From a bacterium (lineage in GTDB: Bacteria > JADJOY01), in NCBI GenBank assembly GCA_046331705.1, contig JAXLQJ010000029.1, positions 1 to 64,000 of the forward strand: a stretch of DNA of 64,000 nt, given 5' to 3'. The position numbers and the translations under genes are program-made. Shown in pieces: positions 29,918-39,448 of the stretch (position 1 is its first letter; every line of letters begins with the position of its first letter). The notes under the pieces are model-generated. The model was given only the letters and a program-made list of their open reading frames with translations. It was not told the origin of the DNA and ran no database searches.

Positions 29918-30859
29918 TCAGGCAGGATCGGCGACGCTGGCGCGACGCAGCGCCTGCGCCGCGGGCTCGTCGCGTCGCCACTCGGGCAGCCCCCCGAACG
30001 CCTCGGCGAGCGCGTCGTCCACCTCGGCCTCCGAGCTGAAACGATCGAGCGCGGCGAGCGGCGCGAGCGACGCGTCCGTCCACGGCAGATGGGCGAGCAG
30101 GCTCGCGAGCTTGGCGGCGAGCTCGAGCCGTCCCTCCTCCGCGCTCGCGAGCGTCTCGCGCCAGCCTTCGATCTCGGCTCGCATGGCCAGCCGATAGAGC
30201 ATCGGCACGAGCCAGCCCTCGCCGCGCCGAGCCAGCGGCGCGAAGAGCGCCGGCACCGCGGCGGAAAGCGCGCCGAAATGGATGGTGACCGGGAACGCGC
30301 GCAGCGCGTCCTGGACGGCGAGCGGCAAGAGCCGCACAGCGACGAGCCGATCCCGCTCCAAGCGCAGCGCCCCCAGCATGCGATCGAAGAGCACCGGCGA
30401 GTAGCCGAGCACCAGCTCGCCCAGCCGCTCGATGTAGCGCCCCGGGCGCGCGATCACCTCGCCGCCCAGCTCGCGCGCCTCGCGCAGCGCGAACCCGTAG
30501 TCGAAGAACGCGAGCAGCGTCTCGATGCGCTCGTCGAGGGCACGCACCTTGTGGGCGACCGGCGTCCCGTCGCGCGTCTCGCGGGGCTCGCACGCCCGCC
30601 GCAGCGCGCGCCACTGGGCGCGGGCGAAGTGGGCGGCGAGCTTCGCGCACGCGGGGCACGAGGCGATCACCGGCACCTCGAGATCGGGCTCGGTGGACGG
30701 GTCATCGAGGCGCGCCGCTCCCGGCGTCCACTCGATGCGATCGCCGAGCGCGAGAGCGCGATGCCCCGCGGGCCCGTAGCGAAACCGCACCTCCATGCGC
30801 GCGCGCTGGCCGCAGCGCGGGCAATCGAGCTCGGCCGAGACCCGGTTCGCGTCATCCAT
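29918..30859 (-). CDS. Hypothetical protein with N-terminal CxxC...CxxC zinc-binding region
   Basis: CPRCG and CPAC motifs followed by a helical region; directly downstream of tRNA-Pro. Confidence 0.6.
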   Translation of the reverse strand: MDDANRVSAELDCPRCGQRARMEVRFRYGPAGHRALALGDRIEWTPGAARLDDPSTEPDLEVPVIASCPACAKLAAHFARAQWRALRRACEPRETRDGTPVAHKVRALDERIETLLAFFDYGFALREARELGGEVIARPGRYIERLGELVLGYSPVLFDRMLGALRLERDRLVAVRLLPLAVQDALRAFPVTIHFGALSAAVPALFAPLARRGEGWLVPMLYRLAMRAEIEGWRETLASAEEGRLELAAKLASLLAHLPWTDASLAPLAALDRFSSEAEVDDALAEAFGGLPEWRRDEPAAQALRRASVADPA

Positions 30860-30969
30860 GCGATCGTGGTCCCGCGCGTCGTACCCGCGTCCGCGCGGCG
30901 GCGCGGTGGCCGAGCGCGCCGCGCGGGCGCGCCGGCACACGTTGCACGCACGAGTCTTTCCGTTCGTCG

Positions 30970-31046
30970 TGGTCGGGGCGACTGGATTCGAACCAGCGAC
31001 CCCCTGCGCCCAAGGCAGGTGCGCTACCAGGCTGCGCTACGCCCCG
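30970..31046 (-). tRNA. tRNA-Pro(UGG)
   Basis: CGGGGCGTAGCGCAGCCTGGTAGCGCACCTGCCTTGGGCGCAGG...GGTTCGAATCC...CCCCGACCA, 77 nt with encoded CCA. Confidence 0.97.
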
Positions 31047-31074
31047 TGAACTGCTCCGTCCGACCTTGACGTCC

Positions 31075-31707
31075 TCACCTTCCATGCGGCTCGTGCCGTG
31101 TCGCGATCGCCAGGCAGCGGTCCACGTGGACCCGCGCCTTGCGAAGCGCTCGTCCCCGATGGCTGATGCCGTCCTTCTCGTGCGCATCCAGCTCGGCCAT
31201 CGTGCGGCCGAGCTCGGGAACCCAGAAATAGGGATCGTATCCGAAACCGCGACTGCCGCGGGGCGCGGTGACGATCACACCCTCGACGCTCGCTTCCTCG
31301 ACCTCCACGTCCCCGCCTGGCGTCGCGACGGCGATGGCGCAACGATAACGCGCCGTTCGCAGGTGCGAAGCGAGCGGCGTCACCTCGGCGACCAGTCGCG
31401 CGTTGTTCGCGTCGTCGCTCGCGCCCTCGCCTGCGTAGCGCGCCGAGCGCACCCCCGGCCGACCGCCGAGCCCGTCGACCTCGAGCCCCGAGTCGTCGGC
31501 GAGCGCCACCAGTCCGGTGCGCGCGGCGACGGTCGTGGCCTTCAGGATCGCGTTGTCGCGGAACGTCTCCCCCGTCTCCTCGATCTCCTCGACCTCGGGA
31601 TGCGTGCTCAGATCGTCGATCACGACGCCCAGTCCGGCGAGCATCCGCTCGAGCTCGACGACCTTGCCGCGGTTGCGCGTGGCGAAGACGAGCCGCGACA
31701 TTCGCAT
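31075..31707 (-). CDS. rdgB: dITP/XTP pyrophosphatase (Ham1 family)
   Basis: FATRNRGK, EETGETF, ADDSGL, PGVRSARY, GFGYDP, ISHRGRA. Confidence 0.94.
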   Translation of the reverse strand: MRMSRLVFATRNRGKVVELERMLAGLGVVIDDLSTHPEVEEIEETGETFRDNAILKATTVAARTGLVALADDSGLEVDGLGGRPGVRSARYAGEGASDDANNARLVAEVTPLASHLRTARYRCAIAVATPGGDVEVEEASVEGVIVTAPRGSRGFGYDPYFWVPELGRTMAELDAHEKDGISHRGRALRKARVHVDRCLAIATRHEPHGR

Positions 31708-31797
31708 GCCTATCGATCGCGGCCGGCGACGTGCCGCCACCCGGCCCGGCTTCCGCTTCGCGAGGCGCGGCAAGATAGGGACCGCACGCGGCACCCG

Positions 31798-32970
31798 TCA
31801 AACCTCGCGCGGCGCGTACGCTTCGCTCGACGCGGTCGAGCGAGCCACCGCGACCTCGCGCAGCGCGCGAGCGAGCAGCTCGACACCGTGGGCGAGCGCG
31901 AAGCGCTGCGCGTGACGGGCGCGCGCGGCCTGCGCGAGGCGCTCGCGCCGAGCTGGATCGTCGAGGAGCGCATCGATCGCGGCGGCGCAACGCCGCGGGA
32001 TCGTCGGGCGGCACTAACACACCCCGCGCCCTTCGTCGAGCTGCTCGGGGATCCCACCGACGCTCGCGCCGATCACCGCCACGCCCGCGCTCATGGCGGC
32101 GAGCACCGCGAGCGGGCACGCATCGCGCCGCGACGGGCAGACCAGCAGGTCCACGGCGGCGCTCAACCGATCGGCGTCACGACGCCAGCCCACGAGTCGC
32201 ACCCGCGCCGTGCGCCGGGCACGCGCGAAGACCGCGTCCCGGTAGCGCCGGTGCTCGCCGAACGGATCGTCCCCGACCACCACGCACACGACGTCCGCGG
32301 GAAGCGGCGCGCGAGCGAGCGCGTCGAGCAGCACGTCGACTCCCTTGCGCGGCTCGACCTGCCCCACGAACCCCACGACGCGAGCACGGGGCTCCACGCC
32401 GATCCACCGCCGGAGCACGGCGCGGGCGTCGCGCTCGAGCGGCTCGACGGCGGGCGCCGCCGGCGGTACCACGCGAACACGGGAGGCCGGGATCCCGTGG
32501 GCGATCCAGCTCGTCCGCGCCGCCTCCGCAGGCACCAGGTAGAGCGCGACGCGCTCGCGAAAGAACCGGAAGAACCGCATCGCGCGCGACGCCACCCCCG
32601 GCTCGAGCACGTCGTGGACGAACGCCACCACCGGCGGGCCGCTCGCACCGAGCGCCAGGCACGCCTTGAGCGATCGGACTCCGTTGACCAGCACCACGTC
32701 GGGCGGATCGACCTCGAGCCGACGCCGCAGCGAGGCGAGCACCCGGCGCGATTCGAACGGCCGCGTGGCGCTCACGCGCCCGAGCGCGCACGGCTCGAAC
32801 GCGAGCGCCTGGCGACGTGCCGCCGCCTCGAACGCTCCCCCCGCCGGGCCCGCCAGCCTGAACGCGAACTCCCGCGCCACGAGCGCCCGCGCCGCCGTCA
32901 GCAGCGCGACCTGCGCACCGCCCAGCTCGCGTGCGCCGTCGAGCGCCAGCACCCGCAACACCTCGCTCAC
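31798..32970 (-). CDS. Family 4 glycosyltransferase, interrupted near 31985-32025 by a compensating frameshift pair (error or pseudogene)
   Basis: GGAQ, VGQVEPRKG, PSRRDACPL, GGIPE; in-frame TAG at 32014, after which the original frame resumes AAAIDALLDDPARRERL...* at 31798. Confidence 0.8.
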
Positions 32971-33968
32971 GACCGACGCTCCGAGGAGCCAGGAACGACC
33001 CCACCGCGACTCGTGAAGATCGCGTCGAGCGTGGCCGTCGGCGGCGGCGATCCGCGCCTCCCGGCGAGCCCGAGGCGCCACGCCCAGCACGCACCCAGGA
33101 GGTGGCTCGCGTCACCCGCGAGGAGGCCCCGCGCGGCGCGCGCCAGCAACGCGGCGACGTGCCAGCGTCGCCGCGCGGAATCCGCGAGATGGCGCGCGAT
33201 CACCAGCTCGCGGTTGCGCCGGTAGATGGTCTTGCGCAGCCAGCGTGCCTCGCGCGCCACCGTCGCGTGGCGGGCGTGGCGGGCCGCCGCGGCCGGCACG
33301 TGCAGCGCGTGGAAGCGAACGTCCCCGGCGGCGACCCGAGCCCGGGCGCGCAGCCCCAGATCGACGTCCTCCCAATAGTAGGGCGCGAGGCGCTCGTCGT
33401 AGCCGCCGAGCTCCTCCCAGCAAGCGCGGTCGTAGACCGCCAGGGCTCCCGATGGATAGTGCGGCTCGAGCGTGCGCCCGAGCGGGATCGGGATCGTGCG
33501 CAACGTGGCGCGATCCCAGGTGAGCCGGTAGAGGCTCTCGTCGATGAGCCACGCGCCGTGCGCCGACGACGACGCTCCTTCGCGCGCCGCGATCGCGGGA
33601 CAGGCCACCCACGCCTTCCCGTCCTCGAGTGCGGCGCAGAGGAGCGCGAGGCAATCGCGCTCGAGCTCGACGTCGTCGTTGACGATCGCCACCCAGCGCG
33701 AGGTCGACGCGCGCACACCCAGGTTCACCGCGGGACCGAAGCCACGCCGCGTCGACGAGCGCAGCACCCGCACCGGGATTCCCTGGAACGACGCGGGCGG
33801 CGAGACCGGGGGCGAAGCTGCATCGTCGACGACGACGATCTCGGTACCCTGGCCCAGCTCGAGCAGCGCCGTCGCGAGCGACCCGAGCGCCCCCGCGAGC
33901 GTGTCCGAGCCACGCGTCGGCACGACCGCCGTCAACCCGCGCGCCGCGCTCGCGCCGCCGTCACGCAT
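32967..33968 (-). CDS. Family 2 glycosyltransferase
   Basis: VVVDDAAS, GFGPAVNLG, VNDD, GGYDERLAPYYWEDVDLG. Confidence 0.88.
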   Translation of the reverse strand: MRDGGASAARGLTAVVPTRGSDTLAGALGSLATALLELGQGTEIVVVDDAASPPVSPPASFQGIPVRVLRSSTRRGFGPAVNLGVRASTSRWVAIVNDDVELERDCLALLCAALEDGKAWVACPAIAAREGASSSAHGAWLIDESLYRLTWDRATLRTIPIPLGRTLEPHYPSGALAVYDRACWEELGGYDERLAPYYWEDVDLGLRARARVAAGDVRFHALHVPAAAARHARHATVAREARWLRKTIYRRNRELVIARHLADSARRRWHVAALLARAARGLLAGDASHLLGACWAWRLGLAGRRGSPPPTATLDAIFTSRGGVVPGSSERRS

Positions 33969-35484
33969 GCGGGCTCGCGACCCGCGCGCCCCGCCGGACG
34001 GCGCGACGGAAGAGCCAGCGCGCGAGCGGCCGGCGCCACTTGCGCAGCAACGCCTCGTGGCTCGCCACCCACGCCGAGCGACCGCCATCGGGCAACCGCC
34101 GGGTGCTCCCGCCTTCGCGGTGTGTGGCGACGACGATCGGCGCCATCGCCACGGTTCGTCCCGCGCGGCGCAGCCGCTCGTAGAGATCGAGCTCCTCGGC
34201 GTAGAGGAAGAAGCGCTCGTCGAACCCGTTCACCGCCGTGAACGCGTGGCGATCGACGAGCACGCACGCGCCGACGGGGCCGCCGCCGGCCGCGCCCGCG
34301 CGCGGCGTCAGGCGGCGCGCGATGCGCGTCCAGCCGGCGCGGGTGGCCATCCAGGCCAGGACCACGCGCAGCGTCGGGAAGTGGACCCAGGAGAGCGCCG
34401 GCGAGCCATCGGGACGTTCGAGGCGACCGCCCGCGACGGCCAAGGTGGGGTCGGATGCGAACATCGCTTCCAAGGCCACCAGCGCGCCGGGCCGGATCAC
34501 CACGTCGGGATTGACCAGCAGCAAGCGCGGCGCGCGCGCGTGCCGAGCCGCGCCGTTCACCGCCGCGCCGAAGCCCGCGTTGACGCTGCTGCAAAGCACC
34601 TCGATCGCCGGAAAGCGCCGCTCGGCGCGCGCGACCGCGTCGTCACTCGACGCATTGTCGACCACCCAGGTCTCGGTCACGCGAACCGGCCCACGAATCG
34701 CCGCGAGCCCCGCGAGACATGCGTCGAGGTCCTCGCCCGCGTCGTGAGCCACGACGATCGCGCTCACCTCGCACGCGTGGCGCACGGGCGCCGGCGCCGG
34801 TCCTCGGCGTGCGACCACCTGGACGCCCTGCGCGAAGAGCTCGCGACGCAGCGAGCGCGGCAGCACGCGCGTGGCTCGCGCGGCGATCCACCCCGCGCCG
34901 AGCACGCCCTCGACGGCGAAGCCGGTCGCGCGGAGCCAGCGCGCGAGCTCGCCCGCGGTGAAGAGCGAGACGTGACCGTGATGTGGCGCGGGCAACCCCG
35001 CGAGCAGCCCGCTCTCGTCGACGGTGCGCGGCGGACGCCCGCGAAGCCACGACCACGCGTAGCCCAGGTAGCGGCCGTTGACGGTGCTGAGCAGCAAGCG
35101 ACCGTCGGGCCGAAGCACCCGTGCCAGCTCGGCGAGCAGCGCGGCGGGATCCACCAGGTGCTCGACGACCTCGAGCGCCACGACGGCGTCCACGCTTCGC
35201 GATCGCAACGGCAAGCAGGCGTCGAGATCCGCCGCCACGGCGTGCGCGACCGGCGTCGCATCCGCGCGCGCGGCGAGCGCGAACGCCGGCGCCACGTCGA
35301 TCGCGAGCACGTGCTCGAAGCGCGCCGCCAGCGCGGCGCGAAGCGCGCCGTGGCCGGCGCCGAGATCGAGCGCCCACCGCCCGCGCCCGAGCGCGTCGAG
35401 CGGAAGCGAGTGCGCCGGCTCGGCGGGCGGCGGGAGGTCGAGGGCGCCGATCCGGTGCCACGCGGACTCGTAGAGCCGCCTCAC
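33961..35484 (-). CDS. Fusion of class I SAM methyltransferase and GT2 glycosyltransferase
   Basis: LDLGAGHG, EVVEHL, LRPDGRL in the N-terminal half; VVDNASSD, NAGFGAAVN, VNPD, GFDERFFLYAEE in the C-terminal half. Confidence 0.85.
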   Translation of the reverse strand: MRRLYESAWHRIGALDLPPPAEPAHSLPLDALGRGRWALDLGAGHGALRAALAARFEHVLAIDVAPAFALAARADATPVAHAVAADLDACLPLRSRSVDAVVALEVVEHLVDPAALLAELARVLRPDGRLLLSTVNGRYLGYAWSWLRGRPPRTVDESGLLAGLPAPHHGHVSLFTAGELARWLRATGFAVEGVLGAGWIAARATRVLPRSLRRELFAQGVQVVARRGPAPAPVRHACEVSAIVVAHDAGEDLDACLAGLAAIRGPVRVTETWVVDNASSDDAVARAERRFPAIEVLCSSVNAGFGAAVNGAARHARAPRLLLVNPDVVIRPGALVALEAMFASDPTLAVAGGRLERPDGSPALSWVHFPTLRVVLAWMATRAGWTRIARRLTPRAGAAGGGPVGACVLVDRHAFTAVNGFDERFFLYAEELDLYERLRRAGRTVAMAPIVVATHREGGSTRRLPDGGRSAWVASHEALLRKWRRPLARWLFRRAVRRGARVASPHA

Positions 35485-35557
35485 GCACGCCCTCGTCCCG
35501 CCGCGAGCTTGCGGTGCCGCGCGAATCCGCGGGGCGGACCCGCGCGGCGGGCGCGCA

Positions 35558-36823
35558 TCACCAGCGGAAGCGGCGCCCCAGATACCCGAACTGCTTCTCG
35601 AACGTGGCCGCGTCCGTGTTGGCCACCCGGGCGAGCTCGGCGAGCCGAGCAGGGTCCTCGAAGTCGGGCCGGTTGAGGCGGATCATGTACTTGGCGGCGG
35701 CCTCGTAGCTCTCCGTCTCGGTGTTCACGTACCGCACGCGGGTCTTGCCGGTCGCCGGATCGAGAAGCTCGGCGAAGTACATCGGCACCAATCGTCCCGC
35801 CTGGATCGTCACCATCGCGCCCGTGCCGCCGCTCATGAGCAGCTTCACGGCGCCATAGCCGAGGTCGCGGGTGTACTCGAGATCGTAGGTCACGGGAGCG
35901 GCGCAACGCAGCTCGTAGCCCACGTCCTTGCTGACGATGGTGCGCTTGAGCCCGCGCGCCTTGAGGCGCCGCTTGAGCTCGCCCTGCAGCAGCCGTCCGA
36001 GGTCCACCTCGGCGAGACGAATGTGGCCGTGCTCGTCGCGCTCGACGTCCTTCAGGTCCTCGAGCTCGGCCGGATCCATGCGCTCGGCCAGTCCTTCGGC
36101 GACCACGGCAACGCCGTACGGCCGGCCCATGGTCTCGCGCTTGAGGATGCTGCCTTCGAGAATGTCGCCGATCTCGCGCAGCGGGATCTTGCCCGAGCGA
36201 AAGTCCTCGCCGATGAGCGTGACGGTGGCACCCGCGGCCTTCCCGATGCCGAGCGCCAGGTGCCCGGCCTTGCGCCCCATCGCCACCACGATGTACCAGC
36301 GCGCGGTGGTGCGCGCGTCTTCCATGAGCGTGGCGACGATGCCCACGCCCACCTGAACCGCGGTGGTGAAGCCGAAGGTGGGCGTGAGCCCAGGGAGCGG
36401 CAGATCATTGTCGATGGTCTTGGGGACGTGCACCACCTTGACGCGTCCCGCCGCCTCGGCCTCGATGCGCTGCGACGAGTACGCGGTGTCGTCACCGCCG
36501 ATGGTGACGAGGTAGTTGATGCCGAGCTGCCCCAACGAGTCGATGACGTTCTTGAGCTTGCCGGGGTCGGTGGTGGGGTTCTCGCGCGACGTTCGCAGGA
36601 TCGATCCGCCGCGCAGGTGAACGCGCGACACGTCGTTGATGTCGAGCACGCGGATGTGGCTGATGTCCTTCTTCACCAACCACTCGAAGCCGTGCATCAG
36701 CCCGATGACCTTGAGGCCCCGATTGCGCGCTTCGATGGTCGCAGCGGAGATCACGCCGTTGATGCCGGGCGCGGGACCTCCGCCGACCAGAATGCCGAGG
36801 GTGGGAGTCGTGGGCTCGCTCAT
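35558..36823 (-). CDS. pfp: Phosphofructokinase, probably PPi-dependent
   Basis: GGGPAPGIN, GGDDT and PKTIDND (Asp/Lys residues associated with PPi use), MGR, GYELRC. Confidence 0.85.
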   Translation of the reverse strand: MSEPTTPTLGILVGGGPAPGINGVISAATIEARNRGLKVIGLMHGFEWLVKKDISHIRVLDINDVSRVHLRGGSILRTSRENPTTDPGKLKNVIDSLGQLGINYLVTIGGDDTAYSSQRIEAEAAGRVKVVHVPKTIDNDLPLPGLTPTFGFTTAVQVGVGIVATLMEDARTTARWYIVVAMGRKAGHLALGIGKAAGATVTLIGEDFRSGKIPLREIGDILEGSILKRETMGRPYGVAVVAEGLAERMDPAELEDLKDVERDEHGHIRLAEVDLGRLLQGELKRRLKARGLKRTIVSKDVGYELRCAAPVTYDLEYTRDLGYGAVKLLMSGGTGAMVTIQAGRLVPMYFAELLDPATGKTRVRYVNTETESYEAAAKYMIRLNRPDFEDPARLAELARVANTDAATFEKQFGYLGRRFRW

Positions 36824-37005
36824 GACGTTCTCCTTTGACGACACGTGCGCTCGAGATCGTTCCGTCAGCACGTCCATTTAATGCAGACCGTGTGCCCGGG
36901 CGAGAGGGTACCCGGAGCGCCCGTCGCTGCCCCGACGGGAGACGGTGCGGTCCCGCGATCGGGATCGCGCTGTCCGGTGCCCACGCTCCGGGCGATCCGC
37001 GGCTC

Positions 37006-38109
37006 TCAGGTCTCGTCGAAGTCGACGGCCACGCGGGCGCTGGTCGGGCGCGCCTGACAGGTCAGCACCCAGCGCTGCTCGAGCTCGGTCTTGGTGAGCG
37101 CGTCGTGCAGCCGCATCCACACGTCGCCCTCGGAGAGCTTGGCGCGGCACACGCTGCAGTACCCGTCCTCGCAATTGGAAGGCGTCTTGATTCCTGCGGC
37201 GCGCGCCGCCTCCAGGATGGTCTTGCCGGCCGGGCAATCGAGCTCACGCGACTCACCGCGCAGATGAATCGCCACCCGTGCGTCCACGGGTGCGGCGTGC
37301 TTCGCGGCGGCGCCCGTGGGCTCCGGCTCGACGCGATCGGGATCGTGGGGCGAGACGAAGCGCTCGACGTGGATGTGGTCGGCGTGGATGCCCAGCTCGA
37401 CCAGCGTCGCCTCGATCACGTCCATGAACGGGGCCGGACCGCAGATGTAGATGTCGCTCGCTTCCCAGCCGCGGAGGTACTCGAGGACCGCAGGGCGGTC
37501 CAGGAAGCCCGATTCCACGTCGAGCCGATGGACGACGGTGAGCTGCTCGGGGTAGCGCGCGGCGAGCGCATCGATCTCGTCGCGGAAGATGATCGAGTCG
37601 CGATCGCGGTTGGCGTAGACGAGCTGGATCCTGCGGGCGGTGGTCGCGAGCGCGGTCTTCAGGATCGAGAGCACCGGCGTCACGCCGCTGCCGCCGCCGA
37701 ACAAGGTCACCGGGTTGCCGCGCGGCTTGAGCACGAACAAGCCGGCCGGCGGCAGCACGCGCATCCGGTCGCCGGCCTTCAGGTTGTCGATCATCCAGTT
37801 CGAGACCCGCCCGCCGGCGACGCGCTTCACCGTCACCTTGTGCTCGCCGTCGGTATCCGGCGAGCTCGAGAGCGAGTAGCAGCGCTTGAGGCGAACGTGC
37901 CCGAGGTCCGCCTCGACGGTCAGGAACTGACCCGCCTGGTAGCGGAACACCTCGGTCAGCTCGGCGGGCACGCGGAACACGAACGAGCGCGCGTCCGCGG
38001 TCTCCTCCACGACCCGCGCGATCTCGAGCTCGTGGAATTCGTGGTCCGCCGCGGTGAAGGCCTCGCGGCTCGCGGGATCGTGAACGGTGTCCGTCGGTGG
38101 CGTGCTCAT
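37006..38109 (-). CDS. FAD/NAD(P)H reductase with C-terminal 2Fe-2S domain (KshB/PaaE-like)
   Basis: GQFLT, RCYSLSS, GGSGVTP, YICGPAPFM, CEDGYCSVC..LTC. Confidence 0.9.
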   Translation of the reverse strand: MSTPPTDTVHDPASREAFTAADHEFHELEIARVVEETADARSFVFRVPAELTEVFRYQAGQFLTVEADLGHVRLKRCYSLSSSPDTDGEHKVTVKRVAGGRVSNWMIDNLKAGDRMRVLPPAGLFVLKPRGNPVTLFGGGSGVTPVLSILKTALATTARRIQLVYANRDRDSIIFRDEIDALAARYPEQLTVVHRLDVESGFLDRPAVLEYLRGWEASDIYICGPAPFMDVIEATLVELGIHADHIHVERFVSPHDPDRVEPEPTGAAAKHAAPVDARVAIHLRGESRELDCPAGKTILEAARAAGIKTPSNCEDGYCSVCRAKLSEGDVWMRLHDALTKTELEQRWVLTCQARPTSARVAVDFDET

Positions 38110-38122
38110 GGCTCTCGACCGA

Positions 38123-38140
38123 AGTGAAACACGTTTCACT
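38123..38140. promoter_or_regulatory. Palindromic operator AGTGAAAC-AC-GTTTCACT (fits the KstR consensus)
   Basis: Perfect 8-bp arms, 13 nt upstream of the ATG, next to a TATCTT -10 (38149-38144, minus strand). Confidence 0.75.
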
Positions 38141-39329
38141 CGCAAGATAGCACGCGCTCCGATCGCGTCCCCCACACCGAGATCTCGTCCACGCGGAGGA
38201 TCCGGTCGTGGCTCGCCCACGCTGCGCGCGCGGCGCGCGAGGTGAGCAGCGCGTGCATCCCCGCCAGCCGTCCCTCGCCCAGGAAGCGAATTTGCGCGGA
38301 GGGAATCTCCGCCAACCAGGTGGCGACCAGCTCGCGCTCGACGACGCTCGGCTCGACGGCCTCGCCGCCCACGAGCACCAGCGCGCCGGGCGCCAAACCG
38401 GCGAGGGCACCGCGTGCCACGACGCTCGCGCGCTCCGCGTCCCAGCGCTGCGGCGCCTCGACGCGCGCCGCGCTCCAACGCCCGCCGCGATCGACGATCA
38501 GCCACATCGCTCCGAGGCCGTCCCCGCGGGCGTCGATGGCGGTATCGAGGTAAGCGCCCGCGCCGCGCGCGAAGGCCGCGAGCGCGCCGAGCGCCGCCGC
38601 GCTCGCTCCCTGGTGGCCGGCACCGAGGCTCAACACCGGCGCGTCGGGGTGGGCCGGAAATCCCAGCGCTGCGGCGCTTAGCCAGCGCGCGCCGAGCTCG
38701 GCCAGCGCCGCGCCGCCCGCCGCGCTCTCGAAGCGATCCCCCGCTTGCTCCGCGAGGATCAGCGCGAGGTGGAGCTGCGCGACCTGGAATCCATGAGACG
38801 CGAGCGCGGCGCGCGCCGTGGAGGTGAGCGCCTCCCAGCCCTGCGCGGGGGTCAGGGGCTCGCGCACCTCGTACAGCACGCGTCCGTTCCGGAGCTGCAG
38901 CACCTGGACCGCGACCTCTCGATGGGTGCTCAGCACCAGCATGGCGAGCGGCGGCCCGTCGCCGAGCGGCACCGGAAGCGGGATTCCGGAAGGTGGCTCG
39001 ACGCGCGCCTCCCTCGCCCTGCCCTTCCGCGGCCCCGCGCCGAGGTCGGCGGGGACGGTCACCACCAGGTCGCCCTCCACGATCGTCGCGCACGCCAGCC
39101 GGTCGCCGCGCGCGAGCTGCTGAGCGGAGAGCCGGGCGCGCGACGGCTCCTCGCTCACGGCGCCGGCGACCTCGACACGGCATCCGGCGCAGATCCCGAG
39201 CCCACCGCACGCGGAGACGAGATCGAGTCCCGCCCGCGCTGCCGCCTGGGCGATCGTCTCGCCCGCGCGTGCCTCGACACGGCGCCCCGCAGGCTCGAAA
39301 CGCACCTCGTGGGACACGCCCTCGACCAT
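38136..39329 (-). CDS. 2Fe-2S protein resembling a degenerate RACo/ASKHA (DUF4445) activator
   Basis: CGGLGICAGC..RLAC ferredoxin; later segments AAALGFPAHPDAPV and IRFLGEG.LAGMHALL echo RACo. Confidence 0.6.
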   Translation of the reverse strand: MVEGVSHEVRFEPAGRRVEARAGETIAQAAARAGLDLVSACGGLGICAGCRVEVAGAVSEEPSRARLSAQQLARGDRLACATIVEGDLVVTVPADLGAGPRKGRAREARVEPPSGIPLPVPLGDGPPLAMLVLSTHREVAVQVLQLRNGRVLYEVREPLTPAQGWEALTSTARAALASHGFQVAQLHLALILAEQAGDRFESAAGGAALAELGARWLSAAALGFPAHPDAPVLSLGAGHQGASAAALGALAAFARGAGAYLDTAIDARGDGLGAMWLIVDRGGRWSAARVEAPQRWDAERASVVARGALAGLAPGALVLVGGEAVEPSVVERELVATWLAEIPSAQIRFLGEGRLAGMHALLTSRAARAAWASHDRILRVDEISVWGTRSERVLSCE

Positions 39330-39448
39330 GCCGGCGACTTTACCCCGACCGCGGCGGTGCGCCACCGGACCCGTCCGGCGGCATTCGGAGGCGCGGTCTC
39401 GGGAGAGCCCCGATCGCGCGGCGCGACCGCCACGCTGCGATCCCGTCG

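Noticed and set aside
32014-32016. TAG read-through (pyrrolysine or suppression) in the GT4 gene
   Set aside because: The conserved residues around the stop are in a different frame, which fits a frameshift pair rather than recoding.
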